A DNA stretch of 64,000 nucleotides from Lysobacterales bacterium (GCA_038205755.1 JBBRBN010000002.1:14206-78205); one strand, 5' to 3'; positions 48,677-58,780 are shown, numbered from the stretch's first letter. Translations and numbers: made by a program. The notes: generated by a model from the sequence alone, not told the origin.

Positions 48677-48840
48677 CCCGCCTATCTCATGAATCTCATA
48701 CGCCCTCGCTTGTCTCTTGTCCGCGCAAGGGATTTTCCTCAGTCGGTCGTATGGCCCGATACGACGCTCCTTCGGAAAATCCCTTGTGCGAACACTATCC
48801 TGCGCGATCATCGAGCGAATTCATGAAACATGCGGGCTAG
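48677..48840. mobile_element. MITE-like element copy 7
   Basis: Same TIRs and core. Confidence 0.8.
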
Positions 48841-48873
48841 AATCGGACTCTTGACGCCGAGCCGGAGCCCAAC

Positions 48874-50406
48874 GTGACCCGCCCCAAGCCTGTCCTTCTG
48901 CTGATCCTTGACGGCTGGGGCCATCGCGAAGACGCGCCCGACAATGCGATCAGCTGCGCTGCGGCGCCCAACTGGCGAGCCCTGCTGGCGACGCACCCGC
49001 ATACCCTGATCCACACCTCGGGCCTGCACGTTGGCCTGCCGCACGGACAGATGGGCAACTCCGAGGTCGGTCACATGAATCTGGGCGCAGGTCGGGTGGT
49101 CTATCAGGAGTTGACCCGGATCGACAAAGCCATCGCCGACGGCGATTTTTTCAGCAACCCTGAGCTGCTGGCGGCGTGCGATGCGGTGTGCGCCAGTGGC
49201 GGCACCCTGCACCTGCTGGGGCTGCTGTCTGCAGGCGGCGTGCACAGCCATGAGGCGCACATCTTCGCCATGCTCGAGCTGGCACGACGGCGGGGTGTGC
49301 CAACGCTCGCCGTGCATGCGTTTCTGGATGGACGTGACACGCCGCCACGTTCGGCCCAGGCCAGTCTGACCGCGCTGGCCCGGCGCTGTGCGGCGATTCC
49401 GGGTGCGCACATTCGTTCCGTCTGCGGCCGCTACTACGCCATGGATCGCGACAATCGCTGGGAGCGTGTGGCGCAGGCCTGGACGACGCTCGCTCACGCT
49501 GACGGCGCGCAGCGTGCCGCCGACGCTGATGCGGCGCTGGCGGCGGCCTACGCGCGCGGCGAGAACGACGAGTTTGTCCTGCCGACGGTGCTTGCTGGCG
49601 CCCAGCCGATGGCCGACGGCGACGCCGTGGTGTTCATGAATTTCCGCGCCGACCGTGCGCGCGAACTCACTGCATGCTTCGTGCAGCCGGACTTCGCTGG
49701 CTTTGATCGCGGTCGGGTTCCGACGCTGGCCCGCTTTGTCTGCCTGACCGAATATTCCTCCGAATTGTCGGCGCGGGTGGCCTTTCCGCCCAGCACCCTG
49801 CGCAACACGCTGCCCGAGGTGATCGCGGCCAGTGGGCTGACCCAGTTGCGAATCGCCGAAACTGAAAAATACGCCCACGTGACGTTTTTCTTCAGCGGTG
49901 GCGCAGAGATCCCGCTGCCCGGTGAGGATCGCATCCTGGTGCCATCACCCAACGTGGCCACCTATGACCTGCAGCCGGAGATGAGCTGTCCGGAGCTGAC
50001 CGCGCGGCTGGTGGATGACATCCGCGCCCAGCGCCACGATCTGATCGTGTGCAACATCGCCAACCCGGACATGGTGGGCCACACTGGCATCCTCGAAGCG
50101 GCAGTGCAGGCGGTGGAAGCGGTTGACCGGGCAATCGGTGAAATCGCGCAGGCGCTTGCCGAGGTCGGCGGTGAAATGCTGTTGACCGCAGACCACGGCA
50201 ACCTGGAGCAGATGCGCGATCCCGTCAGCGGTCAGCCGCACACCGCGCACACCAATGGCCCGGTGCCGCTGGTTTACGTCGGCCGATCGGCGCGACTTCG
50301 GCCGGGCGGCGCGCTGCAGGATGTGGCGCCAACGCTGCTCGCGCTGCTCGGTTTGCGGCAGCCACAGGAGATGACCGGGCGCTCGCTGGTGGAGTTCCTG
50401 CAGTGA
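48874..50406 (+). CDS. gpmI: 2,3-bisphosphoglycerate-independent phosphoglycerate mutase
   Basis: 510 aa with the iPGM motifs LLILDGWG and SEVGHMNLGAGR. Confidence 0.9.
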   Translation: MTRPKPVLLLILDGWGHREDAPDNAISCAAAPNWRALLATHPHTLIHTSGLHVGLPHGQMGNSEVGHMNLGAGRVVYQELTRIDKAIADGDFFSNPELLAACDAVCASGGTLHLLGLLSAGGVHSHEAHIFAMLELARRRGVPTLAVHAFLDGRDTPPRSAQASLTALARRCAAIPGAHIRSVCGRYYAMDRDNRWERVAQAWTTLAHADGAQRAADADAALAAAYARGENDEFVLPTVLAGAQPMADGDAVVFMNFRADRARELTACFVQPDFAGFDRGRVPTLARFVCLTEYSSELSARVAFPPSTLRNTLPEVIAASGLTQLRIAETEKYAHVTFFFSGGAEIPLPGEDRILVPSPNVATYDLQPEMSCPELTARLVDDIRAQRHDLIVCNIANPDMVGHTGILEAAVQAVEAVDRAIGEIAQALAEVGGEMLLTADHGNLEQMRDPVSGQPHTAHTNGPVPLVYVGRSARLRPGGALQDVAPTLLALLGLRQPQEMTGRSLVEFLQ

Positions 50407-50503
50407 CAGCTATGGTGCCAATCGCCGATCACCCGCACTGGCGTCGCGTCGTTCTGTGAGCGTAACCCGGGTGCGCCTCCAGGCGCTGCAATGGCAGGTG
50501 ACG

Positions 50504-51661
50504 ATGGGATTCCTGCTGGGCGCAGTGTTGCTGCTCTGCAGTGGCCTCGCCAACGCGCAGGACGCGACGCCGCAGCGCGAGGCCGAGCAGCGCAATGCGC
50601 AGGCGCAGCTTGATGCGCTGCGCAAGGACATTGCCTCGTTGGCGCAGCAGCAGGAGGCACTGGTCGGCGAGCGTGACGGCGCCGCGCGCGAGCTGCGCGA
50701 CGCGGATCGGCGCATCTCCGAAGCCAGTTCAGCACTGCGCACGCTGGATGCGGATCTGGCCGCCCAGGTGACTCAGCTGGCCCTGCTTGAGGGTGATGAA
50801 GCGGCCCTCGCCACCCGCCTTGAGGCGCAGCGCGGGTCGCTTGCGCAGCTGCTGCGCGCGCTGCACGCGCAGGGGCGACACGCGCCGCTGAAACTGCTGC
50901 TGGCGCAGGATCGGGTCGAGGCGCTGGGACGGACGCTGGGCTATCTGGGCTACTTCCGCCGGGCCCGGGTGGCTCGTATCGAGGGATTGCTGGCCGATCT
51001 GGCGGCGCTGTCCGAGGCGCGCGCTGCCGTGCGGACGCAGCAAACCGCGCTCGCGAGTGCGCGGGTTGCGCAGGAATCGGCATTGGCGCAGCTCGACACG
51101 GAGCGGATCGCCAGGCGTGCCTTGCTGGACGACATCGAGAAGCGCTTTCGCAGCAGTCGCTCGCGCCTCGAAGCGCTTGGCCGCGATGAGGCGGCGCTGC
51201 TGGCGCTGATCACACGGCTGCGGGACATCTTCGGCGATATTCCTCGGCAGCTGGAAGCAGCCGAGCCGTTTGCCAGCCTGGCGGGGCGGCTGCCTTGGCC
51301 ACTGGCGGGCAAGCTGCGTACCGGATTCGGCCGCGATCTGGGTGACGGCCGGCACAGCAGCGGCTGGCTGATTGACGCCCAAGCCGGCGCCGACGTACGC
51401 GCGGTTGCTCATGGGCGGGTGGCGTTCTCGGACTGGCTGAAGGGCTTCGGGCTGATCGCCATCATCGATCACGGCGACGGCTACATGAGTCTGTACGCGA
51501 GTACCGATGCGCTGCTGCGCGCCGCGGGAGACTGGGTGGAAGCCGGTGAGGTGATTGCGCTGGCCGGTTCTTCAGGTGGCCAGGCGGCGCCCGGGGTCTA
51601 CTTCGAGCTGCGCCGCAACGGTAAACCGGTCGATCCCGCCCGTTGGCTGCTCCGCCAGTAG
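50504..51661 (+). CDS. envC: Murein hydrolase activator EnvC (coiled coil plus LytM/M23 domain)
   Basis: Signal peptide, long coiled coil and a C-terminal M23-like domain. Confidence 0.8.
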   Translation: MGFLLGAVLLLCSGLANAQDATPQREAEQRNAQAQLDALRKDIASLAQQQEALVGERDGAARELRDADRRISEASSALRTLDADLAAQVTQLALLEGDEAALATRLEAQRGSLAQLLRALHAQGRHAPLKLLLAQDRVEALGRTLGYLGYFRRARVARIEGLLADLAALSEARAAVRTQQTALASARVAQESALAQLDTERIARRALLDDIEKRFRSSRSRLEALGRDEAALLALITRLRDIFGDIPRQLEAAEPFASLAGRLPWPLAGKLRTGFGRDLGDGRHSSGWLIDAQAGADVRAVAHGRVAFSDWLKGFGLIAIIDHGDGYMSLYASTDALLRAAGDWVEAGEVIALAGSSGGQAAPGVYFELRRNGKPVDPARWLLRQ

Positions 51662-51725
51662 CCCAGCGCTGCGCCATTCGGCCAGGTCACAGCGCGCAGG
51701 CACTGGCAAACCCTATAATTCCCCG

Positions 51726-53036
51726 ATGCGCATACCCCCGCTTGGCCTGATCCTCCTGTTCGCGATGACGACCATCGCATCGGCGCAAGAGCCCCTGGTT
51801 GCGCCAGACCCCAACGCCGATGTCGCCGCCGAGGCCGCCAGTGAACCAGTCAGCATCGAGGAGATCCGCCGCTTCGTGGCGGTCTTCCGGGCGGTGAAGC
51901 AGGCCTACGTCGACCCGGTCGATGACGCGACGCTGATGCAGTCGGCGATTCGCGGTCTGCTCGCCGACCTCGATCCGCATAGTGGCTATCTGGATGAAGA
52001 CGCCAGTCGCGATCTCACCGATCTCAGCCGCGGCGCTTACGACGGGCTCGGCCTGGAGGTCGTGCAGCGGCCAGACCGCACCCTGATGGTGGTCGCGCCG
52101 ATCGACGAGACACCGGCCGCGCGGGCCGGCATCCGTCCTGGCGACATCATTGCCGAGATCGACGACCAGCCGGTAACCGCAAGCAACGTCGACGCCGCAG
52201 TGGAGTCGCTGCGCGGTGAGCCCGGCAGCGAAATTCGCCTGCTGATCGTTCGCGAGGGTGAGTCGGCCCCGCTCAAGCTGACTCTGGTGCGCGAAACCAT
52301 CCGGGTTGGCAGCGTCCGCAGCAAGATGCTTGCGCCCGGGTTCGGATACCTTCGGATCAGTCATTTCCAGAGCGATACGGGTCGCGAGACGGCCACCAAG
52401 CTGGCGGCCATCAACCCCAAGGAGACCCCCCTGAAGGGACTGGTGCTGGATCTGCGCAGCAATCCCGGCGGTCTGCTCAATTCGGCCATCGAAGCGGCCG
52501 ACGTCTTTCTTGATGGCGGCGCCATCGTCTCGACCCGCGGCCGACTGCCGTACGCCAACAGCGCATTCCGCGCCAAGCGCGGCGATGCCTTGAAGGGTGC
52601 GCCGATCGTCGTGCTGGCCGACAGCGGCACGGCTTCCGCCGCCGAGGTGCTGGCCGGCGCGCTGCAGGACCAGAAGCGGGCGCTGATCATGGGCAGCCCC
52701 AGCTTCGGCAAAGGATCAGTGCAGACGGTGTTGCCGCTCGACAACGGCGATGCGCTCAAGCTGACCACGGCGCGCTACTACACGCCGAGTGATCGGTCCA
52801 TCCAGGCCAGCGGATTGATTCCGGATATCGAGGTGGCCGACGATCTGGCACCGCGCGCCGCTGGCGTCAGCCGGACGCCGGAGCTGCGCGAGCGGGACCT
52901 GCCGGGTCACCTTACGTCCGGAGAAGCGCCTGCGGCGGCGCCCGTCGCGACCGGCGATGCACCAATCGATGATTTCGTCGTTCGTGAGGCGCTCATACTG
53001 CTTAAGGGCCTGGCGCTTTTCAGCGGGAAAAAGTAG
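51726..53036 (+). CDS. Carboxy-terminal processing protease (S41, CtpA/Prc family) with PDZ domain
   Basis: Signal peptide, PDZ domain, S41 catalytic region GASIVVLADSGTASAAE and Lys region FGKGSVQ. Confidence 0.85.
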   Translation: MRIPPLGLILLFAMTTIASAQEPLVAPDPNADVAAEAASEPVSIEEIRRFVAVFRAVKQAYVDPVDDATLMQSAIRGLLADLDPHSGYLDEDASRDLTDLSRGAYDGLGLEVVQRPDRTLMVVAPIDETPAARAGIRPGDIIAEIDDQPVTASNVDAAVESLRGEPGSEIRLLIVREGESAPLKLTLVRETIRVGSVRSKMLAPGFGYLRISHFQSDTGRETATKLAAINPKETPLKGLVLDLRSNPGGLLNSAIEAADVFLDGGAIVSTRGRLPYANSAFRAKRGDALKGAPIVVLADSGTASAAEVLAGALQDQKRALIMGSPSFGKGSVQTVLPLDNGDALKLTTARYYTPSDRSIQASGLIPDIEVADDLAPRAAGVSRTPELRERDLPGHLTSGEAPAAAPVATGDAPIDDFVVREALILLKGLALFSGKK

Positions 53037-53121
53037 CCGCAACCGCTGGCGCGGCGACTGCCAGCCCGTACCCGGCGGGTGGTCGACCCGGAGCAGCGGG
53101 CCTGATCGACCCTGCCACAGC

Positions 53122-53925
53122 TCAGGACGTCCGGCCGCTGTCCATCGGCGATGCGCCGTAAAACTGCTGCAGTTCGGCGGCTACCGCCGGCATCGCTTCG
53201 CGCAGCTGCTGCGGCGCCGAGAAGTGATATTCGCTGACCACGGCAAAGAACTCGTCGGGCGACTCGGCCGCGTATGCATCAATGCTGGTCGCCAGCGGCT
53301 GATCGCTGGCACCGTCCTGAGCCTCCAGCTGGTCGCGCTGTCGACGCAGCGCCTCATACGCGGACTGGAATACATCGATCCAGCGCTGCCGGCGCGCGGC
53401 AGGCAGCGGCGGAACGCCGTCAATGCTGCCATCCAGCGCATCGAGCTTGTGGGCGATCTCGTGGATCAGCACGTTGCAACCCAGTCCCGGCTGCTCCAGG
53501 TCAGCACGAACGTCGGCCCAGGAGACCACCACCGGGCCACGGTCCCAGGCCTCGCCCGCCAGCGCGTCGTCCCACTCGTCCATCACCCCGGTGCTGTCGT
53601 CGAGCTGTTCGCGCCGCACCCGGAACTGGCCCGGATAGACGATCAACTCGGTCCAGCCGTCGAGCCAGTCGAACCCGAGCTGGAGCACCGGAATGCAGGA
53701 AATCAGCGCAAGCGTCAGGCGCCGGTTGTCGTCGAGCACCAGACCGGCGGCAGGGCTGATACTTTTTTGCTGCATGAATCGGCCGGCCAGCCCGCGCAGG
53801 CGCAAGCGGTCGGGCTCGGGCAGGCGTCGCAGCATCTCGACCCGACGCAGCGCTCGGCGCCAACGCTGGTCCACGATGGGGGTGACGGAGGCAGCGCCGC
53901 GCAGTGAGTTGAACCAGGATCGCAT
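53122..53925 (-). CDS. mtfA: Zn-dependent protease MtfA (M90 family)
   Basis: HEIAHKLD HExxH motif and an MtfA-like N-terminus from MRSWFNSLRG. Confidence 0.8.
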   Translation of the reverse strand: MRSWFNSLRGAASVTPIVDQRWRRALRRVEMLRRLPEPDRLRLRGLAGRFMQQKSISPAAGLVLDDNRRLTLALISCIPVLQLGFDWLDGWTELIVYPGQFRVRREQLDDSTGVMDEWDDALAGEAWDRGPVVVSWADVRADLEQPGLGCNVLIHEIAHKLDALDGSIDGVPPLPAARRQRWIDVFQSAYEALRRQRDQLEAQDGASDQPLATSIDAYAAESPDEFFAVVSEYHFSAPQQLREAMPAVAAELQQFYGASPMDSGRTS

Positions 53926-54129
53926 CGGACTACTCTGCGAGAGCGGGCGGCGGCAAACAAGCGTTACCCGGATGCAGGTGCGGGGAGCCGGAGCCAAGCG
54001 GGCAGGGGAGCGGCGCCGAGTGTTGTGAGGACTGCCCCGAGCCCCTGCCCGCGCGCCCTGATCGCAGACTCTGAGCGCGCCAGCGGTGAAAGGTTCCGCA
54101 GCACCGCTGCCCGAGGTGCGACGTCGAGG

Positions 54130-54396
54130 CTACTTGAACATGCCCGGCAGATAGCGATGCCAGCGAGCGCGCGGTGCCGGCGCGCTGTCCGAACGAGCCG
54201 TCGGCGCCGACAGCCGTTCGGGTGCCGGTTCAGCGGCGGGCTGCGGCGTGCCGGATACGGCGTCGGCAGCCGGCGCGGTCGCCACGTCCTCGTCGCTGGC
54301 CTCCACGCTGCAGGTGGCCATGGACGGCAGTGAAAGCAGCAGCCCGCCAGCAATCAGCAAACCGCAGACGGGGGTCACCCAGCTCGACATGGTCAT
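54130..54396 (-). CDS. Possible small secreted/lipoprotein ORF (88 aa) in a 670-bp intergenic region
   Basis: The N-terminus looks like a signal peptide. The body is Ala/Pro-rich low-complexity. No family recognised. Confidence 0.25.
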   Translation of the reverse strand: MTMSSWVTPVCGLLIAGGLLLSLPSMATCSVEASDEDVATAPAADAVSGTPQPAAEPAPERLSAPTARSDSAPAPRARWHRYLPGMFK

Positions 54397-54598
54397 CCCT
54401 CGATGGCGGAGATCGCGAGCGACCCGGCAACCATGCCGAGCCGCATACCGGTCAGTTAGGACCTCAGTTTACCGGCATGCCGGGGGAGGGCGGCGTGACG
54501 CCACCTCGGCCCGGCGCTACCTGCGGTCGCTTGATCGCAATGCAGCTCGCGCTGCGCTGCAGCAATGGTTGAGCGCATTGCTCTGGCAGACTTCGGCG

Positions 54599-56434
54599 AT
54601 GGTCGCCGTTCTCCGTCCCCGTTTTTTGCATGCCGAGCTGCGCATCACAGCGCCGGCGTTGCGCCGCGCCCTGATCGCCGGCATGCGTCGGGTAATTTCG
54701 CGCCGCGACCTGCTGAACAGGATCAACGTGTTTCCGGTTCCGGACGGCGACACCGGCAGCAATCTCGCTTTCACCCTGTCGGGGGTTCTGAACGGCAGCC
54801 TCAGCCGGCGCTCGTGCTCCAGCGGCGACCTGCTGCGCGGCGTGGCGGACGATGCAATCGACGGCGCGCGCGGCAACTCGGGTGCCATCCTGGCCCAGTT
54901 TTTACACGGCGTCAGCGAGGTGGTGGGTGAGCAGCGGGTGCTGACGCCGCAGTGCATCGCGGCGGCTGCCCGGGCCGGCGCCGAGCAGGCGCATGGCGCG
55001 CTCGCCGAGCCGCTCGAAGGCACCATCCTCAGCGTGATCCGGGCATTCGCCGACGCCCTGAGCAGTTCGTTGGGCTCCGCCCGCTGCGATTTGCGCGGCT
55101 GGTTCGGTGCAGCGCTGCTGCAGTCCCGGAAGGCGCTGGCCAATACGCCCAATCAGCTCGCGGTGCTGCGTCAGGCGGGCGTGGTCGATGCCGGCGGCCA
55201 GGGATTTGTCGACCTGCTCGAGGGCATTGACGAGTTCATCGCCCGCGGCGGCCCGGTTGGCAGCCTCGAAGCGATCATCGCGGCTGACGACGATCCGTTT
55301 GCCGGGGAGCACTGGCATGACGAGGCCGACGCTGGGCGGCCATGGTGCAGCGAGTGTCTGATCCAGCCGCTGGCCGCATCCGATGGCATTGCCCGTCAGG
55401 TGCTGCATTCCGCCCTGGCCACGCTCGGAGCGACCAGCGTCGTGGTGGCAGGCGGTGCGAGCCGGATGCGCGTGCACGCCCACGTTGCCGACCCCTCGCG
55501 CTTGTTTGAAGTGCTGAGCCATTTCGGCCAGGTGAGCGCCCGCAAGGCCGACGACATGCGCGTGCAGCACCGCACCGCCAGCAGCCAGCGGGCGGTTGGT
55601 GTGATTACCGACAGCGGTGCCGACCTGCCGCGAGAAATCGCTGAGCGACTGGGCGTCCACATGGTGCCGGTGCGGGTCAGCTTTGGCAGCGAGGATTTTC
55701 TCGACAAGGTTTCACTCAGTCCTGCCGAGTTCTACCGCAGGCTCAGATCCAGCGACGTGTTGCCGCTGACCTCGCAGCCACCGCCGGGCGACTTCCGCAG
55801 GCAGTTCGAGTTTCTGCTCAGCCACCACACCGAGGCGGTGTATGTGGGAATCTCGCGGGCGCTAAGTGGCACGCTGCAGTCAGGAGAGGCCGCGGCGACA
55901 CGGCTTGACAGCAACCGCATGCACGTCATCGACAGCGGTCAGGCCTCGTGCGGCCTCGGCCTGCTCGCAATCGCCGCGGCCGAGGCGGCGGAGCGCGGCC
56001 TCGACGCCGCGGCCATTCGTGCCGAGGTGGAGCGCCTTCGGCCGCTTACGCATACCTTTGCGGCCACTCGGGACGTCAGCTTTGCGGTGCGCGGCGGACG
56101 CATTCCCGGCTGGGTCCTGCCGGTCGCCAGCACGCTGCGACTGACCGCCATTGCGCAGATGCAGCCCAGCGGCAAGCTGGGCGTGCGCGGCGCGCTGTTT
56201 GGTCGCGGCAACGTGCCGCGTCGGCTGGCGGATCATGTTGCGCGACGCGTCGACAGAAATAAGCGTTGGCGGCTGCTGGTCGGCCACTGCGACTGCGCCA
56301 CCGACGGCGAAATCCTGCTTGCCGCGCTGCAGCAGCAGCTGAATTGCCGTGATGCCTGGCTGGTCGAGGCCGGACCCGCCATCGGCGCACATGCCGGTCC
56401 GGGTGCCTTGGTGGTGTCAGTGCAGGCGGAGTAG
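54599..56434 (+). CDS. DAK2-domain / DegV-domain fusion protein
   Basis: NVFPVPDGDTGSN is a DAK2 phosphate-binding motif. The C-terminal half AVGVITDSGADLP... has a DegV fold. The start is taken at MVAVLRP (54599). Confidence 0.75.
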   Translation: MVAVLRPRFLHAELRITAPALRRALIAGMRRVISRRDLLNRINVFPVPDGDTGSNLAFTLSGVLNGSLSRRSCSSGDLLRGVADDAIDGARGNSGAILAQFLHGVSEVVGEQRVLTPQCIAAAARAGAEQAHGALAEPLEGTILSVIRAFADALSSSLGSARCDLRGWFGAALLQSRKALANTPNQLAVLRQAGVVDAGGQGFVDLLEGIDEFIARGGPVGSLEAIIAADDDPFAGEHWHDEADAGRPWCSECLIQPLAASDGIARQVLHSALATLGATSVVVAGGASRMRVHAHVADPSRLFEVLSHFGQVSARKADDMRVQHRTASSQRAVGVITDSGADLPREIAERLGVHMVPVRVSFGSEDFLDKVSLSPAEFYRRLRSSDVLPLTSQPPPGDFRRQFEFLLSHHTEAVYVGISRALSGTLQSGEAAATRLDSNRMHVIDSGQASCGLGLLAIAAAEAAERGLDAAAIRAEVERLRPLTHTFAATRDVSFAVRGGRIPGWVLPVASTLRLTAIAQMQPSGKLGVRGALFGRGNVPRRLADHVARRVDRNKRWRLLVGHCDCATDGEILLAALQQQLNCRDAWLVEAGPAIGAHAGPGALVVSVQAE

Positions 56435-56637
56435 GGCGATGTCCCGATGCGTCGGCGTCAGTGCGTCTCGCAGTGCCGCGATGCGATCCCAGTTCCGTGC
56501 ACTAACGCACGCAGTGCGCGCTGACATTCAGCTAGCATTGCGACGCCTGTGGCAAGTAGGGGCGACCTGATCTCCACGACCACAGTTCAAGCCAACCCGC
56601 GCGGGCTGCAAGTCGGCGCCAACCAGGAAGACTGCTC

Positions 56638-57930
56638 ATGCTCCGATTTCTCGCGTTGATTGGGCTGCTCGGCGCACTGCAGCCGCTGGCTGCCGCCGAG
56701 CCCGATGCACGCTGGCCTGACTTTGGCGTCGAGGCCGGCGTCTCCGGCGCGACCATCCAGAGCGGCTCCAGTGAATATTTCCAGGGCTTCGAAGCGCCCT
56801 GCTTTGGCCCCCCGTACAGCCCTGCCGCCGGCGACGACTGGATTCGCTTCTTTTCCGAAGTGGTTCGGGTGCCTTCAGGCAGCGGCGGCATTGCTTCGCG
56901 CAGCGGACTGAATCACGCCGAGCTGCGACCGCCTCTGCCCGGTGCGCCGGCGGCGACCACTGGCGCGTTCACCCGCTTGGGCGGCTACGCAAGCACGTTC
57001 GACGGCGGTTTCGTGGTCGAAGTCGATGTGTACCTGGACCTCGCTGATCCGCAGGTCCTGAGCGGGGTCAACGCGGATTACGGTTTCGATGTTGCCTCGG
57101 CGGTCAACACCCAGTCCGGCGGTCACAGGCGCGACTTCATCTTCCACACCGCCAGCAATACCGCCGGTCAGATCCTGGTCGGGTCCAGCAACAATAGCAA
57201 TTTCGCAGTCCGTGGCAATCTCGCGAGCGGTCCGCACTTCGCTGTCGCCAGCAGCGGCTGGTATACCTTCCAATGGACCTATCGCGACGCCGGCAACGGC
57301 ACGCTGGCGGTCGATACCAACCTGCTTTCCTCAGGCGGCGCCACGCTGTGGACGCAGACCTTGAACAACCCTGCTGACGTCATTGCCACGGAAATTGGCG
57401 GCAATCGCTATCTGTGGTTCCTGTTTCACGAAACTGATCGGTTGGCGATCGACAACAGCCGGATCAACAGTGGCATTGTGAGTGCGGCCTACGCGTCCAA
57501 TCCAGCAGCGGGAAGCACGATCAATGCCGGTTCGGCCAACGTCGGTTCGGCGGCTGCCGGCGCGAGTCTGCAGATTCTGAGCCAGGGCACCCTGCGGCTG
57601 GAGATCTGCAGCTGCGCCATCAGCGGCGCGGCGGCCTCGGACTTCAGCATCACCGGCTGTCCCGCGCTGATCGAACCGGGCAGCAGCCAGAGCTTCGCGA
57701 TCGGCTGCACGCCGACAGCGGCCGGGGTGCGAAGTGCAACCCTCAGCGTGGTCACCAACGACAGCGCCGGAGGCTCCACCTTCACCTATCCGCTGAGCTG
57801 CACGGGTAGCGCCGTGGCGCCGCTACCGCCGCCGCCGCAGTTCGTTCCGACGCAGTCGCCTGGCGCAGGTTGGCTGCTGGCGGCGCTGGTAGCGCTGCTC
57901 GGGGCGGTCGTGGTGCGTCGCAGCCGCTGA
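56638..57930 (+). CDS. Secreted surface protein with a Cys-pair-rich choice-of-anchor-D-like domain and an IPTL/PEP-CTERM-like C-terminal sorting tail
   Basis: Signal peptide MLRFLALIGLLGALQPLAAAEP. The Cys-rich segment is LEICSCAISG...TGCPAL...IGCTP...LSCTG. The tail VPTQSPGAGWLLAALVALLGAVVVRRSR is motif, then TM, then Arg-rich. Confidence 0.6.
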   Translation: MLRFLALIGLLGALQPLAAAEPDARWPDFGVEAGVSGATIQSGSSEYFQGFEAPCFGPPYSPAAGDDWIRFFSEVVRVPSGSGGIASRSGLNHAELRPPLPGAPAATTGAFTRLGGYASTFDGGFVVEVDVYLDLADPQVLSGVNADYGFDVASAVNTQSGGHRRDFIFHTASNTAGQILVGSSNNSNFAVRGNLASGPHFAVASSGWYTFQWTYRDAGNGTLAVDTNLLSSGGATLWTQTLNNPADVIATEIGGNRYLWFLFHETDRLAIDNSRINSGIVSAAYASNPAAGSTINAGSANVGSAAAGASLQILSQGTLRLEICSCAISGAAASDFSITGCPALIEPGSSQSFAIGCTPTAAGVRSATLSVVTNDSAGGSTFTYPLSCTGSAVAPLPPPPQFVPTQSPGAGWLLAALVALLGAVVVRRSR

Positions 57931-58141
57931 TCAGTCGGGTCGTCACCGGCGTTGGCTGACACGGCGACGCTGGCGACTGGCCTGGGCGCGAGCAAACTGC
58001 TGGTCGCGAGCACGGCTTTGAGACCGCAGCGGCGGGACGCTCGCACCGGCGTGGGGCGGGTCCCGGCACTGCGCGAGCCCCAGCGGCGCTCGACGGCGGT
58101 TATTCTTTGCGCATCTCACGTTGCTGCGTCGTCTGCCGAAT

Positions 58142-58780
58142 ATGCTTGTCTCCGCGGTTGCCCTGCTGCTTGCCTATCTGCTCGGATCGCTGTCCGGCAG
58201 TCTGATCCTGGGGCGCGTGGTCGGTGTCGACATCCGTTCCAGCGGCAGCGGCAATGCCGGCGGAACCAACGCACTCCGGACCCGTGGCTGGCGCTTCGCG
58301 CTTGCGGTGGTGGCAATCGATGTCGGCAAGGGCGCGTTCGCCGCCTGGCTCGGGCTGTTGCTGCACACGCCGGATGCACCTTGGTCGGCATCCGCGGCGG
58401 GTTATCTGTGTGTGCTTCTGGCCGCAGTTGGACATACCTGGCCGGTGTTCTTCGGCTTTCGCGGCGGCAAGGGCGCGGGCACGTTGATTGGTGGGCTGCT
58501 GACACTGTGGCCGCTGGCGGTCGCACCCTTGCTGCTGGTCTGGCTGCTGCTGTTGGGCACGACGGGCTACGTCGGGTTGGCCACAATCTGCGCCGCCGTC
58601 TGCCTGATCCCGGCCGCGCTGCTGCTGCCGGACATTGACACCAGCCGCACCGTTTTTGCCGCGGTCGCAGCGCTGTTCATCTGCTACACCCACCGGATCA
58701 ACCTTGTTCGGCTGGCTGCAGGCTCCGAACACCGATTCGAGCGCGCGCGGGTGCTGGCGCGGGCGTTCCGCCGCCGGTGA
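58142..58780 (+). CDS. plsY: Glycerol-3-phosphate acyltransferase PlsY
   Basis: LAYLLGSLSGS...GSGNAGGTNALR and FRGGKGAGT motifs. The alternative start is 58121. Confidence 0.85.
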   Translation: MLVSAVALLLAYLLGSLSGSLILGRVVGVDIRSSGSGNAGGTNALRTRGWRFALAVVAIDVGKGAFAAWLGLLLHTPDAPWSASAAGYLCVLLAAVGHTWPVFFGFRGGKGAGTLIGGLLTLWPLAVAPLLLVWLLLLGTTGYVGLATICAAVCLIPAALLLPDIDTSRTVFAAVAALFICYTHRINLVRLAAGSEHRFERARVLARAFRRR

